DNA from: Octopus sinensis
Lineage: Eukaryota
NCBI RefSeq assembly: GCF_006345805.1
Contig: NC_042998.1
Location: 126,046,001-126,110,000, forward strand
DNA: 64,000 nucleotides
Direction: 5' to 3'
Both the position numbers and the translations under genes were made by a program. Positions 51,301 to 63,820 of the stretch are shown here, in pieces. A model generated the notes under the pieces. The model searched no databases. It saw only the letters and a list, made by a program, of their open reading frames with translations, and was not told where the DNA came from. The stretch's first letter is position 1. The number at the start of each line of letters is the position of its first letter.

Positions 51301-54300
51301 TTGTTGGTATAGAAAAATAGAATTTTTTTTTTATGAGTGAAAAACCTACTACATCAACAGCTTTCACATCTAAGAACTGAATGTCATTGTCTCGAATGGG
51401 TTATAACTGTTTTTCTCTTAAATCTAGAGATAATCACAGTCAAAGTTTTGACATTAATTTATCCATGCTGACATGGGTCAGCTTCATCTGCAACTGGGCA
51501 TATGTTTATTTGTGTCAGTCCTGTGTAATCTCATTTCTGAGACCTAACATTCTCAAATCTGGCTTTACTAAAATTTCCTCAATCTACTTCTACCTCAAGT
51601 GCCAGTTACAATCTATTTATTACAGCATTTCTTCATTTATCAAATGTTATTCATTTAACACTAGCCATACCAGTGCGGCTGTTTCTCCTACACACCTCAA
51701 TCAATACTTTTTAATTAGACATCATGAAACCTCTAATTAAATACTGCAAAGCTCTATAAGTATATAAAACTATAAATTGTACAGTTAGAGGAGCAAAATT
51801 CATGACATTCAGTGTGTGTATGTATCTTGTGGCCTGTTGTGTTTTTCTGTTTTGGTAATTAATATTTTCTCTATCATTCTGCTATGTATCTGTCTTCAAT
51901 CATTCACTATGCTAGTTTTCTGTTTCATATTACACTTAATACAATTTTAAAATTCTGTTTCTAAATTTGCAAGACACTTAATTATTTAGGTTGTGTTCAC
52001 ATTTAAAAAAATTTATATCAAATTAATATTTTTGATGACTTGTACACATTTCTTTATTTACTTTAGTCAGCTCTTGTAACTATCTTCTTTACCCAGGGTC
52101 AGATTAAGTCCAACTGATGCCTAAGCACAGCTCAGTGACATAATAAGTATTGAATGTTAAATAATACATTAAAAAATGTTTTCTTGAGGTCAGACTTCAC
52201 AACTAAATTAAGTATAACCTGGTTTCTAATTTTATTCATTTTGTTCTAAATAACTGTAATCAATATAAGCAAATTTATACAGGAAAAAATGCAAATTTTT
52301 CTCACTTTTAAGTTTACCATATAGACCATGGAAAAACTAGAGTTGAAAAATCTCTTAAGCACACATTTATTGTTTTATGGGTAATTTGAGCCTACTCCCA
52401 CTTTAATCATCTATTTCATGACACAGTCATTACTTCTAATGTAACATAGCATAACATACTTTACATAAGGTCACAGTATATGGCTATACTGGTAAAATTT
52501 CAAATTTGTTTTTGAACATAACTTAGTTATTTCACTATTTTTATGGGTTTCTTAATTTTACTTTTAAAATCCTTGTTTTTGCCATAATCAATTTTAATAG
52601 TCTTTTTTATTTATTTATTTTTTTAAAATCTATTCCCCGACAAGCTAGCTGTTTGTACTTTAATAAGCCAGTATATATTACTTAACTACTGTAATTACTA
52701 CAAGTATTTACAGCTCCACATTCTGTTTGCTTTATGAAGATACAATATAGTGCTGTTGTTTTTATTTTATGACTTGTTGTATATATCAGGAGTGGCTGTG
52801 TGATAAGTAGCTTGCTTACCAACCACATGGCTCCAGGTTCAGTCCCACTGTGTGGCACCTTGGGCAAGTGTCTTCTACTATAGCTTTGGGCCGACCAAAG
52901 CCTTGTGAGTGGATTTGGTAGACGGAAACTGAAAGAAGCCTCCACCATCGCTTGACAACCATATGTCCCATAACTTAGTGGTTCAGCAAAAGAGACCAAT
53001 AGAATAAGTACTAGGCTTATAAAAAATAAGTCCTGGGGTCGATTTGTTTGACTAAAGGTGGTGCTCCAGCATGGGCACAGTCACATGACTGAAACAAAAA
53101 AATGAATAAAAGACACACACACACACATATATATATATACCTTATATGAAAGTTGTAACTGGTTGAACCAAAAGTCAGGCTACTGACTAAAGAGCAAGTG
53201 GTTTGTATTACTCACAACCAACTCAGTATTCAAATAGAGCACTCAATGAAGCTGTAAATAATACCATTTATGAAGCTTGGAGCAAAAGTTCTCTGTACTT
53301 CCAATTGTTCAGTAACCTTCTAGTGCTGTGTTCACTTTTTACCATGTATATTTCTTAGAGTAATACTCAAGCTGTAATACATTGCATGTGAACTAAGGCA
53401 TTAATAAGGGTCCCAACTCTACATTGAGTTACAGGACTCACCATCATCTTACTGTATACACCACATCATCCAGTTATTTTCTGCACATTGCATTTTGCTT
53501 AAATGGATCAATAGTGCAGTGTGCCTTTATCACCTACATTATAATTTTTTTGTTATTTATTGTTTAGTAATGTATTGAATTTCTATCTATTATATATCTA
53601 CACTATGCACATGATCATTTTATTCATTTCACTGGGCTTGTTCAAATTACAGGTATTTTCAGATCTTATTTTAGTTTTTTTGAAACCTACTTATATTTTG
53701 ATAAATTTTAAGTATTTTTCTTTCATCCCTGTGTGTATTTTATTAATACGACTTTTTTCAGTTGCACCATTCTAAGTCTGTATTTATCCATTACCCTCCC
53801 TATATAATGATGTCATACTTTATATCTGATTACTTTAGACAACCATTGCAAGCTCCATTGGTAACTAAGACATACTCTATATTACAAAGGCATGTCTTTA
53901 TAGCCATAGTGAAGGTGACCTAATGAGGATCATTCAGTGATTTACAGAAAAGGCTCTATCTTAATTGCTTGATGAAGATATAGATTTTTCAAACCTCAGT
54001 GAAGATAACCTGTCTTGGAAAGATTTAGCTCTTAGTAGAAACTAACACAAGTAGTGAGGGCTTTAGTCTTGTCATGACCTAAAGCCCTACTGTAAAATGC
54101 TTGGTGATGGAATAAATATCCAGCATCAAAGTCATTCCCTCCTCTGTTATACATGACAACAGAGATTAGCAATTTCTTCTTTATTGCATATCATATGGAA
54201 AAGGGACATAAAATGATGTTGAAATATAAATTATTTTACCAATTTAATGTCTATTGTAATGCTGTTAGAAATATGTTAAGAACAATAGAAATAGATTCAA

Positions 54301-57300
54301 GCCAGCTATCTGACCAGTCATCTCATCATGAATATTTTACAAGTAGTTCAGTCTGATTTGTTTCTTTTAATTTTAAAATTTTAAGCCAGTTGACTTTATC
54401 ATTTTACATATTAGTCTTCATTACTTCAAAACAAATATTTGTATCTTCAAGTGGCTTCTACTATAGCCCCAGGCCAACCAAAGCCTTGTGAATGGTCTTC
54501 CTCATCATCATCATACGCCCACCTCCCATGCTAGCATGGGGACAGTTTCACAAGAGCTGGTCAGGCAGACTTCTGTGACTGTTTTGGCAGGATTTTTACA
54601 GCTGGATGCCCTTCCTAACACCAACCACTCAGCAGAGTGGACTTTGAGCTTTTTACATGGCACAAGCACAGGTGAGGTCAGTTCTGGCAAAGTTTTTACA
54701 GCTGGATACCCTTCCAAACACCAATCACTTTACAGTGTGGACTGAGTGTTTTTAAGTGGCACCTGCACTGACTGGGTCACCAAGTACTTGCCAAGCAAAA
54801 AAAAAGCCTGCTGTATATGTGTGTGTGTGTCTGTCTGTCTGTTCCCACCATCACTTGACAACTGGTGTTTGTTTATTTACATCCCATAACTTAGCAGTTC
54901 AGCAAAAAAGACCGATTGAAAAAGTACCAGACTTGAAAAAAAAAAAAAGCAAGTACTGGGGTCAATTTGTTCAGCTAAAAGCCTTCATGGTGATGCCCTA
55001 GCATGGCTGCTCTCCCATAATTGAAACAAATAAACTATAAAAGATAACATTTGGGGTGGAGAATCCTCAAACTGGAAACCTGACTTGAAAACTTGCAACA
55101 GAGTGAAATCTGCTAAAAGTATCAAAGGACCAGATGTTGATGCTAAACCAAGAGATGAATTATGCTTTCCACCTAATCAGGCTACATTGAAGTTTGACTT
55201 AAGAACACAGTGAACTAGAACAAATGCTACAAGTTACCCTGTCCAATGCTTTAAATATGCTCCCAGTCTAACACCCTAAATTGGTATCTTATTTATCCAA
55301 CCACAGGACAATAACTGACAGAGTGTCAATTTCAGCAATGATTTACTCCAGAACAAGACATGCTGGGATAGACATAGCATTTCATTTGCTGCACTCGCAG
55401 TTTTAGATCAGACTAAAAATGTCAAGTGTATTTTTTTTTTAATCTTATCGTTATATGTCCTTAATAATGTTACTAAATTAAGCATATTCAACTCTGAATA
55501 TTGCCCCTAAGTAGCAGATGGCATAAAATATAGCATAAAAGTCATAAACTAGATGTAGAGAACCTTTGATGTTAAGGCCATACAGTACAATTTGGAACAT
55601 TAGTTGTATCCTATTGATGTTTTGTTTACAGATCTTAAATCTACCTTCATTCATGTTTTATTATATATTGGTATACTGGTTGAGGAAAACAATCTATAAT
55701 GTATATTCAAAAGAATATAAATGACATTTGAGCATTCACGTATCAAATCAAAAACCATTTTTCTTTTGTTTGTTTGCTTGTTTCTTTTTTTGTTTTTAAT
55801 CAACTAATTAGTATGGAATATTGCTATTGCATCATTATTAGGTTCTTAAGCAAGTTGCAAGACAACTTACACTTTAATGTCATTTTGACTGTGAACTGTA
55901 TTAAACAAATAAACGACTATTTATAGAAATGTTCATGCATTCTAAGTGCTAATATCTTACAAAGCTTCATTTAAAATTATGTGTGTGTGTGTGTGTGTGT
56001 ATGTGTATAAATATGTGTGCTTATATATATGTATGAATGTATGTATGCATGAATATATGTGTATATATATATATATATACACTTACGAATATATGTATGT
56101 GTAGCTATTCAACAAAATGTTTATCTGTTCCTTCATAGATTGTGCACCAGATTATGTATTTTACATTGTACTAGTTTAAAATTGCAACTGTCATCTTAAA
56201 TGTAATTAATTTATTCTACTCTTTTTATACATTTCTCATTGTTTCCTTCTTTAACATTATTGTACTTGTCATGTGGCAGATACTGGTGGCATGCAAAAGC
56301 ACCCATTGCACTCTCAGAGTGGTTGGCGTTAGGAAGGGCATCCGGCTGTAGAAAACCATGCCATATCAGACTGGGGTCTGAGGCAGCCTTCCAGCTTGCC
56401 AGCCCTGGTCAAACCATCCAACCCCTGCCAGCATGGACAATGGACATTAAATGATGATTTTATAAAAAAGAACATGTTTCTTAGTTTTCTACTCAGCTTT
56501 ATGCTCTGGGTAAACAGATTATGCAGCCACATATAACTTGGGAAAATGTCTTATGCTATAACCCTCAGTCACCCAAAGCCTTGTGAGTAGATTTGATAGA
56601 TGGAAACTGAAAGAAGCTTATGTGTGTGTGATACTGTCTCCTTACCTTGGCATCATGCAATATTTGGAAATGAGTGTCACCATCATGCAAGCAGTGTCCT
56701 TTGTTTCCAACCTCCCATGAAAACATGTCTGGTCATGAGGAAATATTACTTTGCTACATAGCTTGGAAAGAGGTTGGGGCTGACTATGGAAAGAGTATCC
56801 AGCCATAGAAAATCTGCCTCGATAATTTCCATCTGATGCATGTGAGCATGGAAAAGTGGACATTAAAATGATGATGATGACACAGCTTAGTCCCTCTGTT
56901 CATTCATTTGCTTAACTGAGGGCAATTAACCCACAAAATTCAGTTTAAAAATATCATCATAGAAAGCAAATAATAAAATATTACATGTTCATGCAAATAG
57001 GTACCAAGTGAAATATTGTTACAGATTATAGATTATAAGAAGTGATGATGGAGAGAACCTAAAGTTTATATTTAGGGGTAAGATATGCAACCTCACTGCT
57101 GTGTTGATGAAGAATCCATTTAGGGCTTTCTTCAGTGACGGTTTCTTATACCCTTGATTTATAATATATACTATAGTTTCTCATATTCAATCTATGCCAG
57201 TGTGGAGAAATGAACATTAAATGGTGATGATGATATATATTCTCTGAACCGACTCAGTATGAAGTAACTTCATATTCTATGTTGGACCTCCAAACTAAGA

Positions 57301-60300
57301 GAAAATAACAGTAATTGCAAAGAATATTTCATTGGGATATTATCTTGTTTTATGGAATGATGATACTCTCTTTTTGGTCACTAATGTTGTACTCCATCCT
57401 CTCCTCTTACCCTCCCCTCCATCTCTCTTCTCCTCTTCTCTCTCCTCTCCCTCTCTTCTCCCTCTCCTCTCACCTTCTCTTCTTTCATCCCTCTCTTTTT
57501 CGTCCCTCCCTCTCTCGTTACTTTGGTTGATATCATTATCATGAAGAATTTAAATTCTAATTATTTGGTTGTCCTTTCCCTTAATAATTGCAAGTACAAT
57601 ACCCATGATTCAATGCTCCTAGCATCAAGCTATATATGTCTTCTATAATTCTTATCTGCTATAACTTACAGAAAATGGTACATTGAGTTCTTTGTTTCCA
57701 TTTCCTAAACAAACATAATGCATTTGTAGCATCACTTTACATGAGCATATTTCAGGATGGTTTTTCGTTCATCATCTATAATACAACTACTATAAAAGAA
57801 TCAATTTATTAACTAAGCAAAATAATACCTTTCATTTTCTTCTCTTTTAAGATACTCTTAATTACACTTTAAGCCCCAAAAGTCTTAAACCCTATAGTGA
57901 AAAAAATACAATTAGGGAAATATGATCTTTGGATGTTAAGTCTCATGGAGGCAATGACAAATGACTCTGACTTTTAATGACTTACTGTGCTTAGGAAAAC
58001 ATATCAAGCTAAATGAATTGTAGTCGTTGCCAGTGACACGCAAGAGGCATCCAGTATACTCAATGGAGTGGTTTGCATTAGGAAGGGCATCCAGCCATAG
58101 AAACCAAACCAAAACAGACTGGAGCCTAGTGCAGCTCTCTGGCTTACCAGTTCCAGTCAAGCTGCCTAACCCATGCCAGCATGCAAACAGATGTTAAATA
58201 ATGATGATGTTAGTCTTTTGTTTTTGTAAATACCAATGTAATCAAAACTGCATAATTTTGCTTTATATTTGAATATATTTTAATTTTTCTATTTCAGGTT
58301 ACCTGAAGGGCTAGCTCTAATCCCAATTATTGTTTATTTTCCTATTGGTTTTCTTCTTGCTGTTGTCCGATTCTTTATTGGTTTGCAAACTCTTTTAGTA
58401 TCATGCATCTTACCAAAGTTTTCACCAGTGCGTAGGTAAGTCTTGCTATTATAATCCTATTTATACACAGGGACTTGGGGTAGATGTATTAGTTCTCAAC
58501 TTCAAGCATACAAGTGTTTCAATAGTGATTGTACTCATGTTGGACACAATTGGCCTACTTCTGCAAAATAACATTTACTAGTCATTTTTATATCTTGAAT
58601 ACTGTATGAAAACCATTATATATACATTTGTGTATATATCATTTGTACAGTTCCTTGTCAGTTATAAAGCTGCATATAAATGTTATTAGAGCATGACTAG
58701 TCAAATAATTGAAATGCCAAGTCAAAAAGTTCGCTTCTCTTGGTTCAATCACCAGGTCTTTTAATTTTAAAATGTTCATAAATATGTACCCCAGAGTGGA
58801 ACTGGTAACAGCTAGGATGAATATTCATTAGTTTGCAGTACTGAATTAAAGACCTGTGGGTAGATGTTAGTGAAGTACAAGAAAAGAAAAAAAAGTTTCA
58901 GGCTTTCCAACCCAGTGTGTTAAGAGATATATTGTATCATAATAGAGGAGAAGGATTTATAGTTGTGAATTACTAAAGCGTTTGTTTTATACTTTCCTGT
59001 AATTCTTAATTTTAATCACTTGATCATTAATTAAAAGTTGTACTCACTTGCTCATTTAGGTTTTCTGAAGCAGTTAGATACTGCTGGATGAACCAGTAGA
59101 ATGGGCTAAAGCGTTGGTAAGATTTTTAATAAGTGCCTTGTTTATATAAATTACAATTTTGATCCCAAAGTGTCTTTGGGACATAACTTTGCAGACCTGA
59201 ATGAAACTTGTTAGTGAAACCAATTTCTAGGCTTGATTAGATCACTCCTAGTAACTGACTGGTGCTTTGTTAACATTTAGTAACTAAATATTGCTCTTCT
59301 GATTATACTATTGAAGGCAACAAAAAATAGTTCCAGCTCTTAATGTAATATTACCTTAAAATTCATTCTGATGTTACATTGCACCTCTCTACTTATTTCA
59401 GGTAACAAAACTAAAATAGGCATCATCTCTGTTTGATAAAAATAAAATTTTCTTCAGTAATTCATGCAAATATCTAAAATTTCAATATCAGAATTTGTTG
59501 AAAATATGTCAGTTTTAACCAGATTTATCTATTATCCACTTAAATCCTTCAAAATTGGAATTAAGCACTTGCTCCTATGGGGCTCTTAAAGACTTATGTT
59601 TACATATCAGAATTATTTTTTCATTTACTCTCAGATTAAAATAAAAAAAAGAAACCTTTTTGTCAATGATCTTTTTGCTTTTATTATTGACATCTAAATA
59701 ATATTAAAATTTTATGTATCTAATTGTATTTTCTTTGAATTTCATTGTCAATAGCTTCATTCTGCGTGTAATGTGTGCAGTACTTGGTTTCATAGTTATT
59801 GTTGACGAACACAAACGAAGAGATGAAAAAGCTAAAGTGATTGTTACCAACCACGTTTCGTCGTTTGATCACTTCACAACAGCTTTAGTCTATCCCAGTC
59901 TGCTTGTACGTATTTCTCTGTTTTACTTTATTTTGGTGGGGAAAGGGGCAAGACTATGGTGGTTTGGGGATATATATATCATATGGTTGCTGTGAAAGAG
60001 TTCTTCATTTGTAGAGGTAAAATATACCAATAAAAACTGAGGTTGATACAGGTAGAGTATATTCTTAGGCCTCAGATATGAGGTCATACACAGTTGATAC
60101 ATTTTCCAAACCTTTCAACCCTTATTGAAACTCTCCTTTACTTGGCTGTAGCTGGTTATTCAACAACAATGGCAATTTTATATATATCTTTTAACAGTGC
60201 ATTGTCTTTAGCTGTTCAGATTAGCTTTGAACAAATACCCTGCTGATTGCTCATATTTTCACTCCATCTGAGTTGTTTTGTTTAAAGATTATACTTTTAT

Positions 60301-62405
60301 TATAAAGCTGTTGTAGCAATTTTCCAAAATGTTGACATTAGAATTAAAACAGCTTAGTGAGTATGTTACTGGATTAGCAGCACATTAGATTTTTGGTGTG
60401 TATTTGAGCAATATACTAAATTTATTTACTTCATGTCAGGGAAACTAGAGCTAATCACAAGAGTTCATTACCAAATATAATCTAAGCTTCACAGACGTTG
60501 AAACATTGTAATTTTGGCTTAGTTTATGACAAATGTTGCTAGTTAAAATTTAAGATCCAATTCAGTCAAACAATATACACGAGTATTATTGTTTATATAG
60601 TTTTGATATTTATAAAGGGACTTGTTTCCTTCTTCTAAGTGCATTTCCCAAGATTACTAGAAACTAGCAGAACCCATGAAAATTCCACAGTTTATAAATG
60701 TTCAAATTTTTGTTTTGATGCATAAATTTAAAGCTCTTATTACATTGTTTCATAAAGTCTTTAATTTTGTTCCATAGTTAAGATTGTTAAATGCATAACA
60801 TGTGACAAGTACAATAATACTGATTTTATGGCATAAATTCTTTAGTATACCACTACATTCTTTTCTATATTTCTTCTGGCTTTAGTCTTCCTATTGATGT
60901 TGACTTAAAAGACCTAAATTCAATATCTGTTTTTGTTTTGTTAATTTCTGTTTTATTTGGGTTTCTATAATTGGAATTGAGTAATTGTTATCTCTCCACA
61001 ATCATGAAGAGGTTTATTTTCTGTGGTCTCCATCCTTCTGTATATCAGTAACTACTCTTGAGTCTTCATCACATCAGTTTTAAATGGCATACCTGTTATT
61101 TTATGAGAATGAGCAAAAGAGATACCAACTTATTGCAGGTAGAGAGCCACAACAACAGGTTAGCAGGTTGAGGAGTAATGGAGGAAGGTTTAAAATAGAT
61201 AGAAAGTTAGTAGAAATGCAATATTTTTATTTCTTTATTTGTAGCTACTCAATAAGTGTGGTGATGTGTTTGGCAAGCTGACAGTTTACTCTTCAACTAT
61301 TACAGTCTTAAGAAAGGTTAATGTTTGCTAAAATGAATTTGTGAAATTATTAGCATAATTCACTTATTTTTGTAATTTACTCTACATTTAAGATGTTGTT
61401 ATTCACATAATGGCTAAATATTTTTGGCTATTACTGAAGGTTACATTTTGACTGAATATTTTAAAACTTATTTGAATCAAAATAAAAGAACTATGATATA
61501 TCATATATCCAATAGATCTTATGAACAATAGAAATCAAGATGAAAGTGGAGAGCAAATAGGCAAGAGTCTGAGACTGAAATATCAAAAATTCCCACATAT
61601 ATTTATACATATATGGAAAGGAGAGGATGGGAGAAATGGAAATATGAATTAGAAACCTGTTTGTGAGGTAGGAAGTTGAAGATACAGTTTATAAGGATAA
61701 AATTCAATAAGAAGAGAATGTGTGTATGTGTATCACTTTAATTTAAAAATTTGTATTTCAACATTTTCTATCCTCGCTTGGGTGAGATAGTTTCTTTTTG
61801 GAGCTGTTGATTTCACAGCTGGTTGTCCTGCTATCTACTCAACTATCAAGTGTAAGTCAAACCTGTGTCTTTCTTAGCAATACATCATTGTTTGTATTCC
61901 TGACTATATGATCTGTAATCACACAACCCTGTCCTGAGCTATTGTCTTATTTTCATTATTCATTGAACAGATATTAATGAGATTATAATTCAAGCAAGTA
62001 CAGTGATAAAATGCACTTAGGAAATATTTCCTATTAGTAACAGTTTGCTTCTTGTAAATTCTGCAAAAAGTAAACATCTTCAGTTGATTCAGGGATTTGC
62101 ACAATCAGTTAAGCTCTGATCTCTGGATTTTTATCAATACAAGAGGTTTTCATCAATATCATTCTTAATAATCACATATTCTTTATAATAACTATTCTTC
62201 ATATTTATATATTTTTTCCTTCTTTCTGTTATTTGTTTCTATTTGATAAATCTTTTAGATTTTACATTTTGATTTGTCAATTTTCCATTGTAGCCTAGTG
62301 TGTGTGAACTTTTTCCTACCCTAGAATGGATCCTTGGCTGGAAAGATTTTGGTTTCAAGCAAAACAAAGAATCTTTTCTGAACAATGTTAAAGGCTTTTG
62401 TAGTA
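34268..62405 (+). CDS. AUP1: Ancient ubiquitous protein 1 / lipid droplet-regulating AUP1, 5' part (4 exons; 3'-incomplete)
   Basis: join(34268-34308,58298-58435,59755-59905,62294-62405) reads MSNIKIEKLFNFQRLPEGLALIPIIVYFPIGFLLAVVRFFIGLQTLLVSCILP...FILRVMCAVLG...VIVTNHVSSFDH...PTLEWILGWKDF...KGFCS. This matches the AUP1 N-terminus: hydrophobic hairpin, MCAVLG, and the acyltransferase-like HxxxxD motif. GT-AG junctions are phase-consistent. Confidence 0.88.
36850..37590 (-). mobile_element. Two tandem RTE-type LINE 3'-ORF fragments
   Basis: ARIRTGWRKFRE..LSLRMKGRLY and LREKLGIRGI..VQERRLHWFG..DEDSCIK; the second motif block is repeated at ~36950-37090. Confidence 0.75.
37640..38430 (-). mobile_element. 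mariner (DD34D-type) transposon relic, internally deleted
   Basis: Peptides WLQKFRAGNYSL..LAEKLGFSHSTI and PHPSYLLDIAPSDYQLFRSLQN; TA-flanked end at 37640; other end not recognisable. Confidence 0.82.
38545..39227 (+). mobile_element. RTE-type LINE 3' end with (GAT)n tail
   Basis: GTCGRGRPRKTWDEVVKHDLRTLSLTEAMTSDRDLWKYAVLEK, then a 3'UTR ending GTTAAACGATGATGATGATG. Confidence 0.82.
40180..40425. mobile_element. Possible piggyBac-like MITE remnant
   Basis: Starts TTAA|CCCTTTAGCATT; the right end is only weakly recognisable; internal 19-bp tandem duplication at 40241-40278. Confidence 0.3.
41527..41540. promoter_or_regulatory. RFX X-box-like motif GTTACCATGACAAC in a CpG-enriched patch of AUP1 intron 1
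   Basis: 2 mismatches from the palindromic GTTGCCATGGCAAC; fits RTHNYYWTRRNRAC. Confidence 0.4.
43169..43413. repeat. Inverted repeat (86 bp arms, 73 nt spacer) in AUP1 intron 1
   Basis: 43169-43254 versus 43328-43413, four mismatches counted by eye. Confidence 0.9.
43500..43700 (-). mobile_element. LINE endonuclease-domain fragment
   Basis: SKFGVSDHSL resembles the APE endonuclease C-terminal SDH motif; otherwise degenerate. Confidence 0.35.
43995..44853 (-). mobile_element. maT/DD37D element, internally deleted (859 bp)
   Basis: Same family and TIR ends as 11637-12501; left TIR disrupted by a TA/CA microsatellite. Confidence 0.88.
45140..45350 (+). mobile_element. Tigger/pogo transposase C-terminal relic
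   Basis: FQAQDPNFEQSAKV...RYQEIYRE followed, after a frameshift, by KQTTLD*FFKK; resembles the Tigger C-terminus. Confidence 0.55.
45993..46220 (+). mobile_element. Second tRNA-derived SINE family, best-preserved copy
   Basis: TGGCGAGCTGG...GAGTTCAAATTCC B-box; body GCCTTTCATCCTTTCGGGGTC; many decayed copies in the window (e.g. 4314-4885, 10790-10930, 17080-17480, 42900-43170). Confidence 0.8.
46467..47738 (-). mobile_element. maT/DD37D element, near full length (1272 bp), decayed transposase
   Basis: TA-flanked TIRs; ORFs 47302-47652 and 46931-47302 ([19 protein letters not shown]); frameshifts. Confidence 0.9.
47753..48096 (-). mobile_element. tRNA-derived SINE, same family as 18774-19186
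   Basis: Direct homology to the other copies. Confidence 0.82.
48660..49053 (-). mobile_element. tRNA-derived SINE, same family
   Basis: Direct homology to the other copies. Confidence 0.82.
49435..50290 (+). mobile_element. Tc1-like (DD34E-type) transposase relic
   Basis: MT*LSAVQIEQAVSRLQA, HPWVTTPMQDHFI, GGQSIMVWSAI, ITAQCYIDQIL, VFQQ, SNLIPIEHL*DEI; many lesions; no clear TIRs. Confidence 0.82.
52788..53100 (+). mobile_element. tRNA-derived SINE, same family, opposite orientation
   Basis: AGGAGTGGCTGTGTGATAAG...GGTTCAGTCCC...CCTTGGGCAAGT...GACTGAAAC. Confidence 0.85.
54500..54800 (-). mobile_element. RTE-tail repeat copy
   Basis: Same internal duplication as the 8553 and 29343 copies. 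Confidence 0.7.
57395..57517. repeat. Polypyrimidine (C/T) low-complexity tract
   Basis: About 120 nt, almost entirely C/T on the plus strand. Confidence 0.8.
58298..58435 (+). CDS. AUP1: AUP1 exon 2 (LPEGLALIPIIVYFPIGFLLAVVRFFIGLQTLLVSCILPKFSPVR)
   Basis: atttcag| and |gtaagt; 138 nt; hydrophobic hairpin. Confidence 0.9.
59755..59905 (+). CDS. AUP1: AUP1 exon 3 (FILRVMCAVLG...TNHVSSFDH...YPSLL)
   Basis: tcaatag| and |gtacgt; 151 nt. Confidence 0.92.
62294..62405 (+). CDS. AUP1: AUP1 exon 4 (PSVCELFPTLEWILGWKDFGFKQNKESFLNNVKGFCS)
   Basis: ttgtag| and |gtaagt; 112 nt; aligns with human 'CWSRGF...LVESLKRFCAS'. Confidence 0.8.
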
Positions 62406-63509
62406 GTAAGTATTGCTTTTCCATTGTAATGTATCTGTGAAAACCTCCAATCACTTGACAGCTATTTATATTTCACTTTCATATATATTTCTCATCATCA
62501 TCATTTTTATATATGCTTTTCTATACTGGCATGGGTTAGATTGGCCATTTTGAGGCTATATTTCTCAACTGAATACTTTTCTTGATGTTATCCCATTTAG
62601 TCGTCTCTTGCAATACATAAAGATATGGTGTTAGAGGTAGCACACCATCTACTTCATCCTTGTCATAGATAATCATCTTCTGTAACATCCAATGCATTTG
62701 AAACTCCACCTTTTTTGAATAATTTGACAATTATGTCAGCTTTTATTTCCTTCCTTGAATCAGCAACCCATTCACAAATCATACTGCCTTCATACTGCTT
62801 CCCTTCATGTATGTTTTTTCTTCATCATGCATCCTGTTATCCCACTTAATTTTCATCATGGCCTTAAATGTCATATTGATACTAATATCTAATGGTTGCA
62901 AAACACTTGTAAGTCTGCCAAGTATTACAGATATGTTAGTGTTGTGTAATCAGAGGCTTTCAAAATGTTCTCCATTAGATATGCTCTAAACTAATTCTAT
63001 ATAAGAAATCTCTTTTCCTTTTGTAGTCTACCAGCTCATAAATCCCAAACATCCCTTATCCATTTTCTATATCCACTCTTAGCCATCCAGCCTTGTGAAT
63101 GCACATGGATGACAATTCCTTTGCAAATTTTTCCTTTGGCAGGATTTTTATCTTAAAACTTAGTACTAAGAGTGATGCAAGAAAGGATTAAAGTAATCTT
63201 ACTTTTCTTGTAGCCAGTGGTGCTCATCAATACTAGTTTTTTTTTTCTCTCCTTTTCGGTTCAGTTTGATTCTCTGGCATGTCAAAAGTAATAAGTGTTT
63301 TGTCTATTTTCCTAGTTGATGATAACTTGAAGTATTCCTCTTGCTGATTTCAGATTACAAACAGATGAAACTGTTATATCTTATAATGTAGGTCAACAGG
63401 CAGCTCCTGTGCAATCTTAGTTTGCTGCTTGAGTACCAACATCATATTGTGTCATAAACCTAGTGCACCATCTAGCACTTGCTTCCTTCGATGTATGGAT
63501 TCCGCAGGC

Positions 63510-63820
63510 TGCATCATCATCATTTAATGTCCATCGTCCATGCTGGCATGGGTTGGGTGGTTTGATCAGAGCTGGCAAGCTGGGGAGCTGTACCAGACTC
63601 CAGTCTGATTTGGCATGGTTCCTACAGCGTGATACTCTTCCTAATGCCAACCACTATACAGAATGTGTTGGATGCTTTTACATGGTACCACATGAGCACT
63701 TTTATGTGGTACCACACAGATGCTTTCATTTAGTACTGCACAGGTGCTTTTACAGGGCAGCATACAGACACTTTTACATGACTTTATACCACCAGAGGGA
63801 CTGATCTTAACACTTCTGAT
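63510..63820 (-). mobile_element. RTE-tail repeat copy
   Basis: CATCATCATCATTTAATGTCC...; internal short tandem units. Confidence 0.7.

Noticed and set aside
63300-63400. Search for AUP1 exon 5 (expected LLFPEE..TNG motif)
   Set aside because: Candidate acceptors lead to stops; exon 5 probably lies beyond the window.
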